Assembly: GCA_001004665.1 (NCBI GenBank) | Contig: LCRO01000006.1 | Coordinates: 444 to 64,443 of the forward strand | DNA: 64,000 nucleotides | From: Candidatus Adlerbacteria bacterium GW2011_GWA1_54_10 | GTDB lineage: Bacteria > Patescibacteriota > Minisyncoccia > Phycocordibacterales > SBAW01 | Direction of reading: 5' to 3' | In this document: one piece after another, positions 49,327 to 59,238 of the stretch | Layout: every line of letters starts with the position of its first letter | How positions within the stretch are numbered: the first letter of the stretch is position 1 | The notes under the pieces: generated by a model | Seen by the model: the letters and a program-made list of their open reading frames with translations, nothing else | Told to the model about the DNA's origin: nothing | The model's database searches: none | Translations under genes and position numbers: made by a program

Positions 49327-51371
49327 GATTCAATCATGAGGAGGCGTTTATCCTCTGAAGCCTTGGCGAAGGAGGACCATATCTCCTCCGTTACGAACGG
49401 CATGAATGGGTGAAGTAGCTTGAGCGAGTTCTCCAGAATGTAATACAGAGTTTCGCCATACTCGGGCTTGCCCTTGCTGTCCTCGATTATTTGCGCGGCA
49501 AATCGGTCCCAAACGTAGTGATACAATTTTTCTGCGGCCAGATAGACCCTATAATGCTCGATATCTTCTGTTACGTCTTTGGCTAATGCATTGAACTCCT
49601 CTTTAATCTCCAGATTTATTTCGCCGTTTCTCTCTCGCGAGAGCACGAATCGGGCAATATTCCAGATTTTATTTGCGAATAATTTGTATGCTTTTATTTT
49701 ATTCTCTGCGAGCGCCGTGTCTTGTCCGGGAGTGTTCCCCACAAGCAGTGCCATGCGCAGCGCGTCCGTTCCATAGGTCTGCGTCACATCAAGCGGGTTG
49801 ATTACGTTGCCTTTGCTCTTGCTCATTTTTTTCTTTTCGGCATCGCGCACGAGACCGTGAAAATACACGTCCTTAAAGGGAACTTTGCCGGTGCGATAGG
49901 TTCCAAGCATGATCATTCTCATCACCCAGAAAAAGATAAGGTCATACCCCGTTTCCATTACCGAGGTGGGGTAGTAGATCTTAAAATCGGACGAATCAGG
50001 GTAGCCAAGCACGGCGTAAGGCCATTGTCCGGAGGAAAACCACGTATCAAAAGTATCGGGATCTTTTATCCAGCCTTCGCCCGGAGATTTTTCACTAATT
50101 TGAATTTCATCGCCTTTGAACCAGGCGGGTATGGGTATGCCCCAGACTATCTGGCGGGATATATTCCAGTCGCGCAAATTATCGAGCCAATGAAAAAAAA
50201 CCTTTTCATAATGCTCGGTAACAAAACGGATTTTTCCGCTTTGCACCGCCTCCCGCGCTAGTTGGGCGAGCGGCGCCATTTTGACAAACCACTGCGGCAT
50301 AACCCGCGGCTCGAGTACGTCGTTCTCGTTTTTGTAATTGACGAGTATCGTATGGACGTAATGGTTGTCAATTTTTTCCATAAGACCTTTCTCCTGCAAG
50401 TCTGCGACTACCTCGACGCGGGCCGCCGGCACCTTCATGCCGGAATACTTGCCTGTTTTTTCGTTCAATTTGCCGTAGCGGTCGATTACTTCATCAAGCG
50501 GCAGCGAATGTCGCAGGGCGATCTCAAAGTCGTTCGGGTCGTGCGCCGGTGTAACTTTAACGACGCCGGTGCCGAACTCTGGGTCTACGAACTCGTCGGC
50601 GACGACCGGTAGGGTCTTTTTTCCGATCGGATTTTCCACTTCTACGGTCTTTCCGACCCAGTCTTTGTATCTGGCATCGTTCGGGTTGACGGCTATTGCG
50701 GTATCGCCGAACATCGTCTCCGGACGCACGGTGGCGATGATAAACGGTCCGTATTTTATGTAATACAACGAGTCCTTGCGCTCGATATTTTTGGTCTCAA
50801 GGTCGGAGAGCGAGGTTTGGTACTTGGAACTCCAGTTGACGGGGCGCGAGCCGCGGTAGATGAGGCCGTCGTTGTATAATTTTTTAAAAGTGTCATATAC
50901 GACTTTTATAATGTCTGGGTCGAGGGTAAACTTCTCGCGGCTCCAGTCGCAAGAGGCGCCGAGCTGGCGGAGCTGGCCTTCCATAAACTTTTTATTCTCG
51001 AGAGTAAAGGACAGCATCCCTTTATAAAACTCTTCGTGCTCCATATTAAAGCGGGAGAGGCCCTCTTTCTCCAATTTTTTCTCGTACACCAATTGCGTTT
51101 CAAAACCCGCATGATCCGCGCCGGGGAGCCACAAAGTTTTATAACCTCGCATGCGCTTGTAACGGACGAGTAAATCCTGGATTGTTACAAACAACGCATG
51201 TCCAACATGCAACGAGCCGTTGGCATTCGGCGGCGGCATGATGATGCAATAGGGCTCCTTGTGCCGCTCGGGGAGGTTGTCCGGATTAAAGTACCCGCTC
51301 TCCTCCCATTTTTTATAAATTTCCGGCTCAACCGCCTGTGGGTCGTATGGCTTAAGGAATTTTTCCGGCAT
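49311..51371 (-). CDS. valS: valine--tRNA ligase (short form, 686 aa)
   Basis: HIGH region PPPNANGSLHVGHAL, ValRS-type editing/CP1 region, KMSKS (KMSKSKGN). Lacks the long C-terminal coiled-coil. Confidence 0.85.
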   Translation of the reverse strand: MPEKFLKPYDPQAVEPEIYKKWEESGYFNPDNLPERHKEPYCIIMPPPNANGSLHVGHALFVTIQDLLVRYKRMRGYKTLWLPGADHAGFETQLVYEKKLEKEGLSRFNMEHEEFYKGMLSFTLENKKFMEGQLRQLGASCDWSREKFTLDPDIIKVVYDTFKKLYNDGLIYRGSRPVNWSSKYQTSLSDLETKNIERKDSLYYIKYGPFIIATVRPETMFGDTAIAVNPNDARYKDWVGKTVEVENPIGKKTLPVVADEFVDPEFGTGVVKVTPAHDPNDFEIALRHSLPLDEVIDRYGKLNEKTGKYSGMKVPAARVEVVADLQEKGLMEKIDNHYVHTILVNYKNENDVLEPRVMPQWFVKMAPLAQLAREAVQSGKIRFVTEHYEKVFFHWLDNLRDWNISRQIVWGIPIPAWFKGDEIQISEKSPGEGWIKDPDTFDTWFSSGQWPYAVLGYPDSSDFKIYYPTSVMETGYDLIFFWVMRMIMLGTYRTGKVPFKDVYFHGLVRDAEKKKMSKSKGNVINPLDVTQTYGTDALRMALLVGNTPGQDTALAENKIKAYKLFANKIWNIARFVLSRERNGEINLEIKEEFNALAKDVTEDIEHYRVYLAAEKLYHYVWDRFAAQIIEDSKGKPEYGETLYYILENSLKLLHPFMPFVTEEIWSSFAKASEDKRLLMIESWPIL

Positions 51372-51381
51372 ACTTTCGATT

Positions 51382-52590
51382 CTAGCCTGCTATCGAAAGA
51401 TTTCCAATGGCGCGGATATCGAGGTCCAATCTTAACAAAGACCAGTCGCCGGAGAGCAGGTGGGTGAGAGCACATTGCGCTATCATGACGGCGTTGTCGC
51501 CGGTGATGGCAAGCTCGGGGAGACGGAATTCGACATCGGGATAGTTTTCCAATACCAATTGCTGGAGGCGCTCGCGCAGGTAGCGATTAGCGGCCACTCC
51601 GCCTCCGATGACAAATGTTTGCGCGCCAGTTTCGTTAAGCGCGCGTTTTGTTTTACTTACAAACACGTCCGCAACCGCATCTTCAAATTCTGCCGCGAAC
51701 GCGGCTTTTTCCTCTTCTGTTAAAGGCGACTCCTTAGCTTTGGAAGGTGTCCCCTTGGCGTGTTCGCGCAGCATATAGAGAGCCGCGGTTTTAAGGCCAG
51801 AAAAGGATACATCGCACGTGCCGCTTTGTAACATTGGTCTGGGCAGACGAAGCGGAGAGGAAACAGCAGGTGGAGTGGGTTCGCCGAGTGACGACGAGGC
51901 AACTTCAGGCGATTTCGCTGCTGCGAAATCGCCGTACCCGGAACCTGCTGTTTTTCTCGCAGCGTTGCGCGCTTCGTCAGCTAATTTTGAGATCTCCGGG
52001 CCGCCGGGGTAGGGGAGTTTGAGCATCCGCGCCACTTTGTCGAAGCACTCTCCCACGGCGTCGTCGAGAGTCTGACCTATGACTTCGTAGTTAAACCATT
52101 CCCGCATCAGCACAAATTCCGTATGCCCGCCCGAGACAAGCAGTGCCAACGCCGGTAATTTAACATTTTTGAGCTCAAAGGTCAGACCTTGGGAATCCTG
52201 GTTTAAGGTCTGGCCTTGAGTCTGGGCGAGAGATGAAATCAAGTGGGACTCCATGTGATTGACCCCGAAGAGCGGCAAGTTTCTCTCTTTTGCGATTTTT
52301 TTTGCGAACTCGATACCCTGCCAGAGCGCGGGCTCGAGCCCAGGCCCATGCGTAACGGCAATGGCGTCAAACTCGTCGTTTTTGAATTGCTCGTACAGAA
52401 CGGGCAAATTTTTTTCATGCTCGCGCTTAGCAAGGTTGGGGTAAACGCCCCCATAGGGCGCGTGCAAATGCGCCTGCGAAAGCAAAGCGTCTTTAATGGT
52501 GGTAAATACAAAACCGTTTTCGGTTTTTTTCCCTTCTACGAGCGCGATGCCGGTCTCGTCGCAACTTGTTTCAATAGCCAGAATTTTCAT
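51382..52590 (-). CDS. tsaD: tRNA N6-adenosine threonylcarbamoyltransferase TsaD (Kae1/Gcp family) with internal insertion
   Basis: MKILAIETSCDETGIALV N-terminus, HMESH metal site, GGVAAN. Carries a ~55-aa low-complexity insertion (GSGYGDFAAAKSPEV...). Confidence 0.9.
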   Translation of the reverse strand: MKILAIETSCDETGIALVEGKKTENGFVFTTIKDALLSQAHLHAPYGGVYPNLAKREHEKNLPVLYEQFKNDEFDAIAVTHGPGLEPALWQGIEFAKKIAKERNLPLFGVNHMESHLISSLAQTQGQTLNQDSQGLTFELKNVKLPALALLVSGGHTEFVLMREWFNYEVIGQTLDDAVGECFDKVARMLKLPYPGGPEISKLADEARNAARKTAGSGYGDFAAAKSPEVASSSLGEPTPPAVSSPLRLPRPMLQSGTCDVSFSGLKTAALYMLREHAKGTPSKAKESPLTEEEKAAFAAEFEDAVADVFVSKTKRALNETGAQTFVIGGGVAANRYLRERLQQLVLENYPDVEFRLPELAITGDNAVMIAQCALTHLLSGDWSLLRLDLDIRAIGNLSIAG

Positions 52591-52612
52591 CTTGCGTTAC
52601 AGTGTAGTATAC

Positions 52613-52688
52613 GCACGGTTAGCTCAGTTGGTAGAGCATCCCCTTGACGTGGGGAGGGTCGCAGGTTCGAGTCCTGCACCGTGCACCA
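52613..52688 (+). tRNA. tRNA-Val (GAC), CCA encoded
   Basis: Manual fold: GCACGGT/ACCGTGC acceptor, anticodon loop UUGACGU, T-loop GGTTCGAGTCC. Confidence 0.9.
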
Positions 52689-52903
52689 AAACTAACTTTG
52701 TCGGAATTGACTGCTCCGCGCGGCGAGTACGCCGCGCTCCGCAGGGCAAAATCCGCTTTTGTTTTCGCCGTAAAATCCCGCCTTCGGCGCGCCCAGATTT
52801 TGCGCTCACTTCCGACGAAGTTTCAGTTTGTGACCCCACGGGGAATCGGACCCCGATTTGCGCCTTGAAAGAGCGCTGTCCTAACCGTTAGACGATGGGG
52901 CCG

Positions 52904-52989
52904 CGGAGGAGGTGGGATTCGAACCCACGATGCCTTACGGCATACCGGTTTTCGAAACCGGCGCACTAGACCAACTATGCGACTCCTCC
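52904..52989 (-). tRNA. tRNA-Ser (CGA)
   Basis: Reverse complement folds with GGAGGAG/CTCCTCC acceptor, anticodon stem CCGGU/ACCGG with loop UUCGAAA, long variable arm, T-loop GGTTCGAATCC. Confidence 0.85.
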
Positions 52990-53031
52990 ACAACAACATT
53001 AAAATAACATTTTTGAAAGCCGATCGCAAAA

Positions 53032-53445
53032 ATGTGCTATACTTACGAACGAACCATGAGTGCGATCAAAAAAATAATCGGGTTTTTTGACAAGCTGGAA
53101 GATAAAATACGCAGTGTCCTTTCACATTCGCCAATTATTTACGCCCTAATTGGCGCCATAGGGATTATTTTAATGTGGAAAGGAGTCGAGGAAACTGCAG
53201 GATTGTTGCCAATCCTGTTTGGTCCGGGGTCCTTTATACTTGGCGCGCTCATACTCTTGCTTACCGGCCTGCTCGTATCTTTCTTCATTGGCGACAGCAT
53301 AATCATCTCGGGATTTAAGAAAGAAAAAAAATTGGTTGAAAAGGCCGAGAGCGAGGTGCGCTCGGAGCAGGAGATGATAGAGGATCTCGAAAAAAAGGTT
53401 GAGCGTCTAGACAGTGACGTGAACAAGCTCGCTGCGCGCCGGTAG
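53032..53445 (+). CDS. hypothetical membrane protein with C-terminal coiled-coil
   Basis: Two TM helices, then a charged helical tail. Start may be the Met at 53056. Confidence 0.45.
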   Translation: MCYTYERTMSAIKKIIGFFDKLEDKIRSVLSHSPIIYALIGAIGIILMWKGVEETAGLLPILFGPGSFILGALILLLTGLLVSFFIGDSIIISGFKKEKKLVEKAESEVRSEQEMIEDLEKKVERLDSDVNKLAARR

Positions 53446-53448
53446 ATC

Positions 53449-54390
53449 CTAAGCCGCGCCGGAGAGATAATAGTAAATATCCTCGACGGCCTTTACCGCA
53501 TCGCCCGCGGCGATGTTGTTTTGATGATACAGCCCGTCAGAGCAGTCTCCGGCGGCCCAGATACCGGGGGTGGAAGTACGCTGGCTCTTGCCGTCGACTT
53601 TTATACGTCCCCATTCGTCAAATTCGACTAGACCTTTTACCAAATCGGTCGAGGGGATCATTCCTATCTCCACAAAAATTCCCGCGGCCGGAACTTCCGT
53701 AAGGGCGCCGGTCGCGCGATTTTTTATGATGATGCTTTTTACAAAATTATCACCCTTAACTTCAACAGGCTCGCTTTCTTTTATCGTTCGCATTTTCGAG
53801 TTATCTAATATTGTCTTGACGGTCGATGCATCCGCTTTTAGAAAATCCGACCCGCGATGAACCAAAGTTACGGATTTTGCGTAAGCCAGAAGCTGGGCCG
53901 CGGTTTCGAAGCCCGCGTTCCCCCCACCGACAACAACAACGTCCTGATCGGTAAAGAGCGGACCGTCGCACGAGGCACAGTAGGTAACACCCTTGTTCTC
54001 GAACTCCGCCGCCCCCTTGGCCTGCAATTTTTTGCGGGAACCGCCGGTCGCGACAAGCACCGTCTTAGCGGAATAAGAACTCTTTTCGGTCTGTATTTGA
54101 AACCCGCCGGTCGGCGAACCTTCCGCCGCTCTCTCGACTCTTTCCGCGCGCTCGCCGATTTTCAGATTTACCGAATCTCCCGCATATTCCCGCAAATGCG
54201 CCTCGAACGCCTTGGCAAGCTCCGGTCCCGCAATATGCGGCGTGCCTATCCAGTTTTGTATATCGCTCGACTCCGTAGACTGCCCGCCGATGGCGCCCGC
54301 GATAAATATAGTCTCAAGGTGCTTGCGCGCGGCATACACGCCGGCCGCGACGCCCGCCGGCCCGCCACCGATAATCGCAAGATCGTACAT
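53449..54390 (-). CDS. trxB: thioredoxin-disulfide reductase
   Basis: FAD motif DLAIIGGGPAG, redox-active CASCDG, NADPH motif VVVVGGGNAG, GD motif AAGD. Start at the Met of MYDLAIIGGG. Confidence 0.9.
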   Translation of the reverse strand: MYDLAIIGGGPAGVAAGVYAARKHLETIFIAGAIGGQSTESSDIQNWIGTPHIAGPELAKAFEAHLREYAGDSVNLKIGERAERVERAAEGSPTGGFQIQTEKSSYSAKTVLVATGGSRKKLQAKGAAEFENKGVTYCASCDGPLFTDQDVVVVGGGNAGFETAAQLLAYAKSVTLVHRGSDFLKADASTVKTILDNSKMRTIKESEPVEVKGDNFVKSIIIKNRATGALTEVPAAGIFVEIGMIPSTDLVKGLVEFDEWGRIKVDGKSQRTSTPGIWAAGDCSDGLYHQNNIAAGDAVKAVEDIYYYLSGAA

Positions 54391-54489
54391 AACGTTTAGC
54401 ATATCAACGCCGCAGCTACGAAGCAAAAACCCTTTGCGGAGGAGTAGGGGTCGTGTTCGTCTCTCCGGAGCAAAGGGTTTTTGCGGAGT

Positions 54490-55638
54490 TTATTTTATTT
54501 TTCCGCGGCGCAGAAAACTAGGCACCGCGCCCCATTCGTCTTCTTCCGCTGCCTTTAGGTCCTGCTCTTTCGTCTCCTCGCCCGCCGAAGTGCTCTTTGT
54601 CGAGCCCAATATCTTGCTTAAGGGCTTCTCCTCCTCTTTGTCGCGGAAGCCGAAAAGCGGCGTCCCGCGCGGCGCGAACCCCGCGGCAGGAAAACCGGTC
54701 GCTATTACCGTCACGCGCACCTCGCCTTTCTTGAGCTTCTCATCCTTTACCGCGCCGAAGATTATCTTCGCGTTCTGGTCCACGGACTCGGTTATTATCT
54801 TCGCCGCCTCGTGCACCTCGAGCATGCCAAGATCGTCGCCGCCCGCTATGGCGAAGAGCACTCCCTTCGCGCCGTTTATAGAGAGCTCGAGGAGGGGAGA
54901 GGAAACGGCCGCTTTGGCGGCGACTGATGCGCGATTTTCGCCGCTTGAAGTCCCGATGCCCATAAGGGCCGATCCGGCGTTCTCCATGACCGCCCGTATA
55001 TCGGCAAAGTCCACGTTTATTATGCCGGGGTGGGTGATAAGGTCGGAAATTCCCTCAACAGCTTCTTTAAGGACATCATCGCACATTGCAAACGCGGCTT
55101 TGAGGGTCGTGTCTTTGGCTACCGTGGCAAGCAGGCGGTCGTTCGGGATGACGATAAGCGCGTCCACTTCTTTGCGCAGTTCTTCGAGTCCGCCCTCGGC
55201 TAGGCGCATGCGCTGGGCGCCCTCGAAGGAGAACGGCTTAGTGACGACACCGACTGTAAGCGCGCCGAGCTCCTTCGCAGTGCGGGCGACCACGGGCGCC
55301 GCACCGGTGCCCGTGCCGCCGCCCATGCCGCATGCGACAAAGACCATGTCGCTTCCTTTGAGCGACTGCTGTATCTCCTCTTTTGTCTCTTCGGACGCGC
55401 GCTTGCCGAGCTCCGGATTCATCCCTGCGCCGAGCCCCTTGGTCAAATTTTTTCCGATGTGTATCTTTTTCTTGGCGTTGCTGTTATGCAGATCCTGCGC
55501 GTCGGTGTTGATGGTAATGAAGTCAACGCCGCGGACCTTGCTCTCGATCATGTGGTTGACCGCATTCTTGCCCGAGCCCCCGACGCCCACGACCCGTATC
55601 CTCGCGAACGCTTCTACCTCCGGCTGTAGCTGCGGCAT
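54490..55638 (-). CDS. ftsZ: cell division GTPase FtsZ (short form)
   Basis: Tubulin signature GGGTGTGAAPV, T7 loop NVDFAD. Start at MPQLQPEV. C-terminal Lys/Glu-rich tail. Confidence 0.95.
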   Translation of the reverse strand: MPQLQPEVEAFARIRVVGVGGSGKNAVNHMIESKVRGVDFITINTDAQDLHNSNAKKKIHIGKNLTKGLGAGMNPELGKRASEETKEEIQQSLKGSDMVFVACGMGGGTGTGAAPVVARTAKELGALTVGVVTKPFSFEGAQRMRLAEGGLEELRKEVDALIVIPNDRLLATVAKDTTLKAAFAMCDDVLKEAVEGISDLITHPGIINVDFADIRAVMENAGSALMGIGTSSGENRASVAAKAAVSSPLLELSINGAKGVLFAIAGGDDLGMLEVHEAAKIITESVDQNAKIIFGAVKDEKLKKGEVRVTVIATGFPAAGFAPRGTPLFGFRDKEEEKPLSKILGSTKSTSAGEETKEQDLKAAEEDEWGAVPSFLRRGKIK

Positions 55639-55842
55639 AGTGATTTTTTTATTTTTTGTAAATGCTGCCCGTCCGAAGCCTTGGCAAAGGAAGGCCGCAT
55701 TACTGTACACCGCCGGTTTGCAACAATGCAAATAGCGGGTAGTCCACAGGATAAGGCGCGCGATAATGCCTCCTAAAATCTTTTCTTTAAGCCGTTTTTA
55801 TCTTCTTCCATAAAACTCTTGACTCCTTGTCCTTTTGTTCTG

Positions 55843-57012
55843 TTAAGGCAAAAACTTTTTGAGCCAGCGCCACAGTGACCGCAACGGGTCGAGCCAATCG
55901 GATGAGTTATTTCCCTCCAAGTCGCCGCCCGAAGTAAGTCCCCAGATGGTAAGACCGTACGCGACCGTCCAGGTCGAGTCCTGCAATTGCATGCGCTGGG
56001 GCCCATGGGACTCCGCGAGTCGCGAGGGGAGGCGCAAAACCGCCTTTGCCAAGTCGGCGGCACTCTGCAGGGCGGAACTGCCGCCTGTCAAAATAACGCC
56101 CGCAGGAAGTAACTCATTCTTGCCGATTTTTTTAAGATGAGCCTCGACGAGCTTGAACATTTCCGTCATGCGCTTTGCCGCGACGTCCTCGACCTTGCGC
56201 TTGGGGTAGGGGGTTCCCAATATGGCCCCGTGCTTAAGCTGTTCAGCCTCCTCGGGTGGGATGCGCAGGGAAAGCGCGAGGTCATTCGTGATGTCCGTGC
56301 CGCCTACGGCAAAAACTTTTACCGACATCGGCACGGCGTCTTCGAAAACTATCAGGGAAAGAGTCTCGGCGCCTATGTTTGCCAGGACGCACCCGACTCT
56401 TTTTTGCATTTTGGAGAGTGCTACGAACGAAGCCGCTATGGGTGCCGCGACGATATCCTCGACCGCAATGCCCGCCTCCTCGACCGCCTGCACAAGATCG
56501 CCCACATGGCGCTCGAGACAGGTGACGAAAAGCGCCTCGACGCCTATTCTCTGGCACTTCATCCCGACGGGGCTTCGCCCCAGGACGCGGGTACCGTCTA
56601 CAAAATAGCGCAAAGGTATCTGGTGCAGTATGCGACGGTTAAGAGTGGCGGATGGGGGCAGGGCAGCGGCAGCCGCGGCAAGGGCGCGCGGCAGGTCGCG
56701 CTCGCTCACCAGAGAGTCGCCGCGTTCCACAACGGTTTCGCCACGAGCGGTATATTCGTCTAGCCCAGCGCCGCCAATGCCTATATACGCGCTCTTGACT
56801 CGCACCCGCGCGGCCTTGGCGGCCTGCGCGGCGGCCGCCGCTATGGACCGCGCCGTCTCCCCGGGCGCGGTGATATAGCCATGCCGCATTCCCCGCGATT
56901 CCGCATAGCCGGTACCGAGTATCCTCGGAGGCCGTTCATCATCGTTCCTCTGCGCTATTACGACTTTTACGTGGTATGTCCCGACGTCGATACCCGTGAC
57001 TGTTGTTTGCAT
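55843..57012 (-). CDS. ftsA: cell division protein FtsA
   Basis: Actin-like ATPase fold (GIDVGTYHVKVVIAQ ... DIGGGTT-like AVGGTD). Directly upstream of ftsZ. Confidence 0.85.
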   Translation of the reverse strand: MQTTVTGIDVGTYHVKVVIAQRNDDERPPRILGTGYAESRGMRHGYITAPGETARSIAAAAAQAAKAARVRVKSAYIGIGGAGLDEYTARGETVVERGDSLVSERDLPRALAAAAAALPPSATLNRRILHQIPLRYFVDGTRVLGRSPVGMKCQRIGVEALFVTCLERHVGDLVQAVEEAGIAVEDIVAAPIAASFVALSKMQKRVGCVLANIGAETLSLIVFEDAVPMSVKVFAVGGTDITNDLALSLRIPPEEAEQLKHGAILGTPYPKRKVEDVAAKRMTEMFKLVEAHLKKIGKNELLPAGVILTGGSSALQSAADLAKAVLRLPSRLAESHGPQRMQLQDSTWTVAYGLTIWGLTSGGDLEGNNSSDWLDPLRSLWRWLKKFLP

Positions 57013-57329
57013 AAAAGTTTGAGCCCGAATTTCTTCAAAATTTGGCGCTCTTCGCGCTCCATTATAACCCCATGTTTAAGCCCTTTGATGTGCAACAACC
57101 CGTGGATAAAAAGATATTCGACGGTAAAAGGCTTAGATGCGGACTTGCAAAGCAGAATTTCTCCAGAAGTTTTGGAAAGCGGGAAGGCGAAGACGTTCGA
57201 TGCCTTGTCTCTGCCTAGCGCGCGACGCGCCACCTTGCGCATTTCCGCAGGCGGTAAAAACGCCACCGATAATTCGTAGCGCTTTCCGAGAACTGCTTCT
57301 TTGATTTTTTGATAATTAACGCCTACCAC
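56967..57329 (-). CDS. ybeY: rRNA maturation endoribonuclease YbeY
   Basis: H..LH..G.KH zinc motif (IHGLLHIKGLKHG); ~120 aa. Confidence 0.8.
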   Translation of the reverse strand: MVGVNYQKIKEAVLGKRYELSVAFLPPAEMRKVARRALGRDKASNVFAFPLSKTSGEILLCKSASKPFTVEYLFIHGLLHIKGLKHGVIMEREERQILKKFGLKLLCKQQSRVSTSGHTT

Positions 57330-57576
57330 CGCGTCTTTTTGGAGCTTCTATGATCTTGCCGAGCTTGATTAGCTCCTCAATATGCACTCTGCGGGAAATT
57401 CGCTTTAGTGCCTGCTTGCGCTCGACGGAGCGCGACTTTACCCGCGCGAAGTAGCGCCGACCGCGCATGCGCGATATCACTCCGGCGCCTTGCACGCGCT
57501 TGCTAAAGCGGCGTATCAAACTGATCGTCGTTTCTCCATCGGTTTTCTGCACCGCGGCGTTCGTTGCCATTGTCAA
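57316..57576 (-). CDS. rpsU: 30S ribosomal protein S21 (probable)
   Basis: Small basic protein with an S21-like pattern (LIRRFSKRVQGAGVISRMRGRRYFARVKSRSVERKQALKR). Confidence 0.55.
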   Translation of the reverse strand: MTMATNAAVQKTDGETTISLIRRFSKRVQGAGVISRMRGRRYFARVKSRSVERKQALKRISRRVHIEELIKLGKIIEAPKRRGGRR

Positions 57577-57625
57577 AAGAGGGTAGCACGCTCTTGCCGT
57601 ACAGGCAAGAGCGTCTGGCCATCGG

Positions 57626-58498
57626 CTATTCGCTCAAATTTTTGAGGTATCGGGTCAACTCGCGGTGGGGGACTATCTCCTGCGCGCTGTCCGCGACGGA
57701 GCGGACTATGACCGTGCGGTCGAGAGCCTCGCGCTGTCCCATGATGATGAGGTGCGTAACGTGGGCCTCTCGCGCCGCCTGCAGCTGCGGCGCGAGGCGC
57801 GAGGAGTCGAAGGACTGCAGGACGGGAATGCGCGCGCGGTAAAGCGCCTCAAGCATGTTCAGCCCCTCTAGCCTTGCGCGGAGCCCGAGCTGGACAAAAT
57901 AAAGCCGTGCGGGCCGCACCGGTGCCATACGCTGTTTTTGCAGAGGGCCCTTCCGGCGGAAGAACAGCCGCGCGTGCGAAAGCTCCATCTCTTTTCGGTT
58001 TACATGCCGGCGCGCGCACTCGAGCCGGCCGCCGAGGGCGCAGACAATAATCGAACCTTCATCCTCGATATCGAGCGCGAACGCGCTCTGCGCGTCGCGC
58101 TCGTCGGAGATAAGCATGTCGTCAAGCTCATAGGGCAGAGCGAGGCGATCCAAATGCTCGAGCATTTCGCGGAAATGCACGCGGCTTTTTTCGGAAAGGA
58201 AGTTGACCGCATGCGGCCCTTCCTGCAGAACTTCGCGGCAGGCGCTGGAGCCGCATAGGTAGGGTGAAAGCGGATTCTCGCAAATTTTTTGCCGGCAGGA
58301 TTCGTCAAGTTTTTCCGCCTGCCGCCGCAGGTACGAAGAAAGCTCGCGCGTGAATCGCAGTTTGGAATCCTTGTCTCCGATGGCATTCACCCGCACGCGG
58401 GTGACTCCGGCCCCATATTCCGTCGCTATCGCCGCGAGAACCTTTATTAAGACTATTTCGCCCATAGACCCCTGCGGGCCCGCTATGACGAACCCCAT
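57626..58498 (-). CDS. histidyl-tRNA synthetase-like protein lacking the motif 1/2 region (truncated, frameshifted or HisZ-like paralog)
   Basis: Begins in the region after class II motif 2 (GPQGSMGEIVLIKVLAAIA ... VRVNAIGD), then an insertion-domain-like stretch and a C-terminal HGTP_anticodon-like domain (THLIIMGQREALDRTVIVRSV). About 45 nt upstream there is an in-frame TAG. Confidence 0.55.
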   Translation of the reverse strand: MGFVIAGPQGSMGEIVLIKVLAAIATEYGAGVTRVRVNAIGDKDSKLRFTRELSSYLRRQAEKLDESCRQKICENPLSPYLCGSSACREVLQEGPHAVNFLSEKSRVHFREMLEHLDRLALPYELDDMLISDERDAQSAFALDIEDEGSIIVCALGGRLECARRHVNRKEMELSHARLFFRRKGPLQKQRMAPVRPARLYFVQLGLRARLEGLNMLEALYRARIPVLQSFDSSRLAPQLQAAREAHVTHLIIMGQREALDRTVIVRSVADSAQEIVPHRELTRYLKNLSE

Positions 58499-58652
58499 CT
58501 CGCGGAGCTCTCGCGCGGGGACGGGAAGCGGGCGGTTTCCAGACAGCTATCGAAGTCGCGCACGGGCGCAAAACCGTAAAACCTCGCGACATCGGAAACA
58601 ACCGACATGAATGATGGGACGCTTTTTGGTCGCACCTGCGCGCGCGGAGCCG

Positions 58653-59238
58653 TCATGGCTTTTCACTGACCGACCCCGGGAAAATTCCAAAATCTCGCAA
58701 GGGGAAAAGGCGCAGAAGAGCACGGCCCGTAATATTTTCCCTCGGCAGGGTGCCCCACACGCGCGAGTCACTGCTCGCAGGGCGGTTGTCGCCCATGACG
58801 AAGTATTCTCCTTCCCCGAGATTTACTACGGAGGCTCCGCCGTTGCCCTTGTTACGCACGTATCGCTCGTCGAGTGCAATATTCGCGCCGTCCTTTCGCG
58901 TTACGGACACTTCCGTTTCGTTGATGTGCACCGTCTCGTTCGGGAGACCCACGATCGTTAAAACGGTACGAAAGCTCGTCGACGATTAGATATTCGCCGT
59001 TGTCGAAAGTCGGCTCCATACTGGCTCCGGAGACGATAAAAGGCTGCGCGACGTATATGCGCACGGGGATGACGATGGCCGCCGCGATGATTATGAATTT
59101 TAGGAGCTCGGTGAAAAAATTTTCTCCACGCTCCTCCGACATGTGGGTATTGTACGCGCGCTCATGTACAATGCAAGCATGAAGTGGATTATCGTTGGCT
59201 TGGGAAATCCGGGCAAAGAATATTTCGGTACCCGTCAC
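58653..59238 (-). CDS. lepB: signal peptidase I (LepB), frameshifted near 58935-58945 (TTTT run)
   Basis: ORF 58852-59238 has the TM anchor and catalytic Ser box (SGASMEPTF). ORF 58653-58952 in another frame has VGLPNETV ... VMGDNRPASSDSR (boxes D/E). Confidence 0.75.
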
